Assembly (NCBI GenBank): GCA_038888155.1
Contig: JAWAJB010000002.1
Coordinates: forward strand, 128,001 to 192,000
From: Desulfurococcaceae archaeon
Lineage (GTDB): Archaea; Thermoproteota; Thermoprotei_A; Sulfolobales; Desulfurococcaceae
DNA length: 64,000 bases
Direction of reading: 5' to 3'
Within the stretch, counting starts at the first letter, position 1. Every line of letters begins with the position of its first letter. Below the pieces are notes generated by a model. It was not told the origin of the DNA. It ran no database searches and saw only the letters and a program-made list of their open reading frames with translations. A program made the translations under genes and the position numbers. Positions 60,196 through 64,000 of this stretch are shown here, piece after piece.

Positions 60196-61616
60196 AAGAA
60201 TATGATGTAGCTATAATTGGTGGAGGGCCGGCTGGGATATACGCAGCAGTTGAATTAATTAAACTCACAGGTGGATCATTGAAGGTAGCCCTATTTGATC
60301 GAGGCGCTAGAGTTGAGGAAAGATCATGCCCGATAACCCGGGAAGCAATAGATACATCGGGTTCTTATACAGGTAAGCTTTTAAACTGTGGCTCATGCGT
60401 TATTTGTCATATACTATATGGAATAGGAGGGGCAGGAACTTTTAGCAGTGGAACTGTTAATTTAAGGCCTGATATTGGTGGAGACCTAGATAAGTTACTA
60501 GGTAGTTGGGAGAAAGCGGAGGAAGTCATTAAGTATGTAGACAAGATCCTCTTAGAGTTCGGTGCACCTCAGGAAACACTTCTAGAGCCTGATTTAAGGA
60601 AGATTCGTAGTATTGAGAGGCTAGTTGCCAAAGCGGGGGCAAAGTTCATCCCTGCAACTCAAAGAGTTCTCGGCTCTGAGAATGTTATCAAAGTTGTTTA
60701 CAACATAACTAAATTTCTCGAGGAAAACAACGTTAAGATATTTTCTTTTACATCCGTAATTGACATAGCTAGTGACCAGAACATTTATAAGCTGAACACC
60801 AGTAGTGGGGATTTTTATGCACACAAAGTGCTTTTAGCTCCCGGTCGCGGAGGTGCTCGCTGGTTTAAGGACATTGCTGAAAGATTGGGGATCGAGGTTG
60901 AACCTGGGCCTTTAGACATTGGCGTCCGCGTGGAAGTTCCGTATTATATAACTGAGCACATCGTTAAAGTAAATTACGATCCTAAAGTAGTGATGTACAC
61001 AAGGTCCTATGATGATATGGTCAGAACATTCTGCACTAATCCCCAGGGTTATGTGATAAAGGAGATGTACGATGATGGAACTGTAGGCGTAAACGGGGAA
61101 TCATATAATACTGTTAAATCGAAGAACACTAATTTTGCACTGTTAGTAACTCTGAAGCTCACCGTTCCATATACGGATGTCCTTGAACTAGGCAAATCTA
61201 TTGCTAGGATAGCTACTAAAGTAGGTATAGGTAAACCAATTATACAAAGGCTCGGAGATCTCGAAAAGGGCAGAAGAAGCACCTGGGATATGATATCGAG
61301 AAGCGTTATAACACCTACGCTTAGAGATTCAACGCCTGGCGATATTAGTTTGGTCCTACCGCAAAGGGTAATGGAGAACATTCTCGAGGCCATTGAAAGG
61401 CTAGATGTCCTTTATCCAGGTTTAGCCTCCCCGCAAACACTTCTTTATGCACCTGAAATAAAATATTACAGCGTTAAAGCCAAAATAAACGAAAATTTTG
61501 AGACAACAGCCCCCTCTGTTTATGTGGCAGGGGATGGCGTAGGGCTGTCAAGGGGTATAAATGTAGCTGCGGCGACCGGCGTCCTCGCAGCAAGAGGGAT
61601 CGTGAGAACACTATAA
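60192..61616 (+). CDS. Uncharacterised NAD(P)/FAD-dependent oxidoreductase (COG2509-like)
   Basis: GGGPAG, GIGGAGTFS, GVRVE, RTFCTNP, PEIKYYS, AGDG. Confidence 0.85.
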   Translation: MKEYDVAIIGGGPAGIYAAVELIKLTGGSLKVALFDRGARVEERSCPITREAIDTSGSYTGKLLNCGSCVICHILYGIGGAGTFSSGTVNLRPDIGGDLDKLLGSWEKAEEVIKYVDKILLEFGAPQETLLEPDLRKIRSIERLVAKAGAKFIPATQRVLGSENVIKVVYNITKFLEENNVKIFSFTSVIDIASDQNIYKLNTSSGDFYAHKVLLAPGRGGARWFKDIAERLGIEVEPGPLDIGVRVEVPYYITEHIVKVNYDPKVVMYTRSYDDMVRTFCTNPQGYVIKEMYDDGTVGVNGESYNTVKSKNTNFALLVTLKLTVPYTDVLELGKSIARIATKVGIGKPIIQRLGDLEKGRRSTWDMISRSVITPTLRDSTPGDISLVLPQRVMENILEAIERLDVLYPGLASPQTLLYAPEIKYYSVKAKINENFETTAPSVYVAGDGVGLSRGINVAAATGVLAARGIVRTL

Positions 61617-61617
61617 G

Positions 61618-62988
61618 GTGATTACAGTGGCTGAACATGTGTGCGTTTTTAACTGGAGATACGGTTCCCAAGAGTTAAGGGGCCTGTTTACAGTGGCAAA
61701 TATAGTGAGAACATACGTAAATGTGGAAGTAGCTTTGCTCAAAGGGCTCGTGTTGGCAGGTTTAGCGCCTGCACGTTGCTATGAGGAGGTCAGAGTATGC
61801 GCGGAGAAGCTAAAGCCCATGGAAATGTATGAAATGGAGCTTATAACAGGACACGATATTGCCTCCTTAGCGTTCATTTTAGGTGAACGATGTGGTGAAT
61901 GCGGTAAATTCATTCACTTAGGGGCCACGAGTTACGATATAGTAGATACCGCGTGGGCCCTCATACTTAGAGAAGCACTTCGAATTATTAAGGATAAGAT
62001 AAAACGAGTTATAGACACTTTAATGGAGCTTGCAGAAAAGCATGTCGATGATTATGTAATTGGTAGAACTCACGGCCAACACGCTCTACCAATTACATTC
62101 GGATTCAAGTTTGCTAACTATGCGTATGAGCTATCCAGAAGCTACGAGAGGTTAATTGAGCTGGAGAACAGGCTTGTTAAGTTAAAGATGAGCGGCTCTG
62201 TGGGCACGATGGCGTCGTGGGGTGAGAAGGGGATATTAGTTGAGGGGATGGTTGGAAAAGAGCTTTGCTTGGAACCACACCCCATAACTACTCAGGTGGC
62301 GCCTAGAGATAGCTTTGCAGAATTAGCAGTTGATCTAGCGATACTCGGATCTCAGCTAGATAGATTAGCGCTGGAAGCTCGAGAGCTCTCTAGGACAGAA
62401 ATAGGCGAAATATATGAGGCAGTCCAAAGGATTGGAAGTAGTGCTATGCCGCATAAAAGGAACCCAGTTATTGCAGAGAGAGTATCGAGCTTGGCTAAAA
62501 TTTTAAGAGGGCTGTCTCTCAGTTCCCTTGAGAATATACCATTGATGCACGAGAGGGACCTAACCAATAGTGCCAGCGAGCGCGTAATAATTCCTCACAT
62601 AATCCTCACAATAGATCAAATGCTCGAGGATACAATAAAGCTATTGAAAACTATTAAACTTGATACTAATGCTTCACGAAGAAACCTAGAACTTACAAGA
62701 GGGGGTATTTATAGCGAGATAATAGTCTCAGAGCTCGTTAAGAAAGGGTGGCATAGAAATGTAGCCTATGAGAAAGTGAGAAGTTTAGTGCCACCCGTTA
62801 GTAGCGAGGAGACCCTCTTTGGGGCTATAATGAAAGATCCAGAGCTGTCTCATTACTTTAGTGAAGAAGAGTTAAAAGCGATAATGACGCCAGAATACGT
62901 TACAAAGAACGTTAGGAAGATTGTGGAGAGAGCTCTGGATTTCGCTAAAAAAGCTATCAGCAAAGAGCCTGGAAATAAGTGTACTTAG
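61618..62988 (+). CDS. purB: Adenylosuccinate lyase
   Basis: GATSYD, GRTHGQHA, SSAMPHKRNP; likely GTG start at 61627. Confidence 0.95.
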   Translation: MITVAEHVCVFNWRYGSQELRGLFTVANIVRTYVNVEVALLKGLVLAGLAPARCYEEVRVCAEKLKPMEMYEMELITGHDIASLAFILGERCGECGKFIHLGATSYDIVDTAWALILREALRIIKDKIKRVIDTLMELAEKHVDDYVIGRTHGQHALPITFGFKFANYAYELSRSYERLIELENRLVKLKMSGSVGTMASWGEKGILVEGMVGKELCLEPHPITTQVAPRDSFAELAVDLAILGSQLDRLALEARELSRTEIGEIYEAVQRIGSSAMPHKRNPVIAERVSSLAKILRGLSLSSLENIPLMHERDLTNSASERVIIPHIILTIDQMLEDTIKLLKTIKLDTNASRRNLELTRGGIYSEIIVSELVKKGWHRNVAYEKVRSLVPPVSSEETLFGAIMKDPELSHYFSEEELKAIMTPEYVTKNVRKIVERALDFAKKAISKEPGNKCT

Positions 62989-62992
62989 GTGA

Positions 62993-63610
<618 letters not shown>

Positions 63611-63647
63611 TTTAAAAAGCCTATATTGCATATAAATTAGCGGGCAT

Positions 63648-64000
63648 TTGTTAGTATTAGCTCTTGATCCACCGTTTGGTTCAAAAGAGGAAAACAGCAG
63701 CTTTATAAGAATAGTTGAGGAGACTAAGGACTACGTTTTAGGGTATAAAATAGGACTTCCATTGATACTCCAAGAGGGTGCAGGTGTAATTTCTCAAGTC
63801 AAGAAAATATCTCACAGAAAGGTTATTGCAGACTTAAAACTAGCGGACATCGGCGATATAATGGTCTCTACGCTGAGAAAACTCTCTAGTTTCGAGGTAG
63901 ATGCAGTTATTGCTCATGGCTTTATCGGAGTCGATGATGGCATTGATAAACTCGTAGAAGAGTCTCGCACTCTAGGCATAGATGTTATAATCGTTGCCTC
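63648..64000 (+). CDS. pyrF: Orotidine 5'-phosphate decarboxylase (partial, runs off window; absent from the ORF track)
   Basis: Manual translation: LVLALD...YKIG...IADLKLADIG (DxKxxD motif). Confidence 0.88.
   Translation, partial: MLVLALDPPFGSKEENSSFIRIVEETKDYVLGYKIGLPLILQEGAGVISQVKKISHRKVIADLKLADIGDIMVSTLRKLSSFEVDAVIAHGFIGVDDGIDKLVEESRTLGIDVIIVA

Overview
Gene-dense archaeal chromosomal window, most consistent with a Thermoproteota (Desulfurococcales-like) genome: gins23-mcm / rfcS-rfcL arrangement, GGTG-type Shine-Dalgarno sites, many TTG/GTG starts and a BHB-intron tRNA. The taxonomy is inferred from gene content only. 1-9.6 kb is a molybdoenzyme region with two xanthine-dehydrogenase-family L/M/S sets, a MoaD/SAMP-like protein, and a MoeA-like protein co-transcribed with a NitT/TauT-type ABC importer. 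10-23 kb is a looser accessory region (radical SAM/SPASM, FkbM methyltransferase, YbaK, secreted protein, thioesterase, tRNA-Val, ferritin-like protein, thrB/thrC, glycosyltransferase, eroded DNA, split lipoate ligase, mobB). 23-64 kb is mostly housekeeping (ABC-2 exporter, ECF importer, metG, guaB, prs, tRNA maturation cluster, intron-containing tRNA-Pro, intein-containing MCM, RFC, thiI, purA/purB, partial pyrF). Best leads: (1) a threonine-synthase-fold protein whose PLP lysine is replaced by Arg and which carries a C-terminal winged helix, directly upstream of an HmpT/PdxU2-like ECF importer whose promoter has a perfect inverted repeat, suggesting a vitamin-B6-sensing regulator; (2) a 155-bp 100%-identical tract shared by two otherwise diverged FAD-subunit paralogs; (3) mcm apparently initiating at ATA; (4) a 535-aa MCM intein with both LAGLIDADG catalytic residues lost. 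No CRISPR array, transposase or integrase was seen. All family assignments come from motif recognition by eye; no database search was run.
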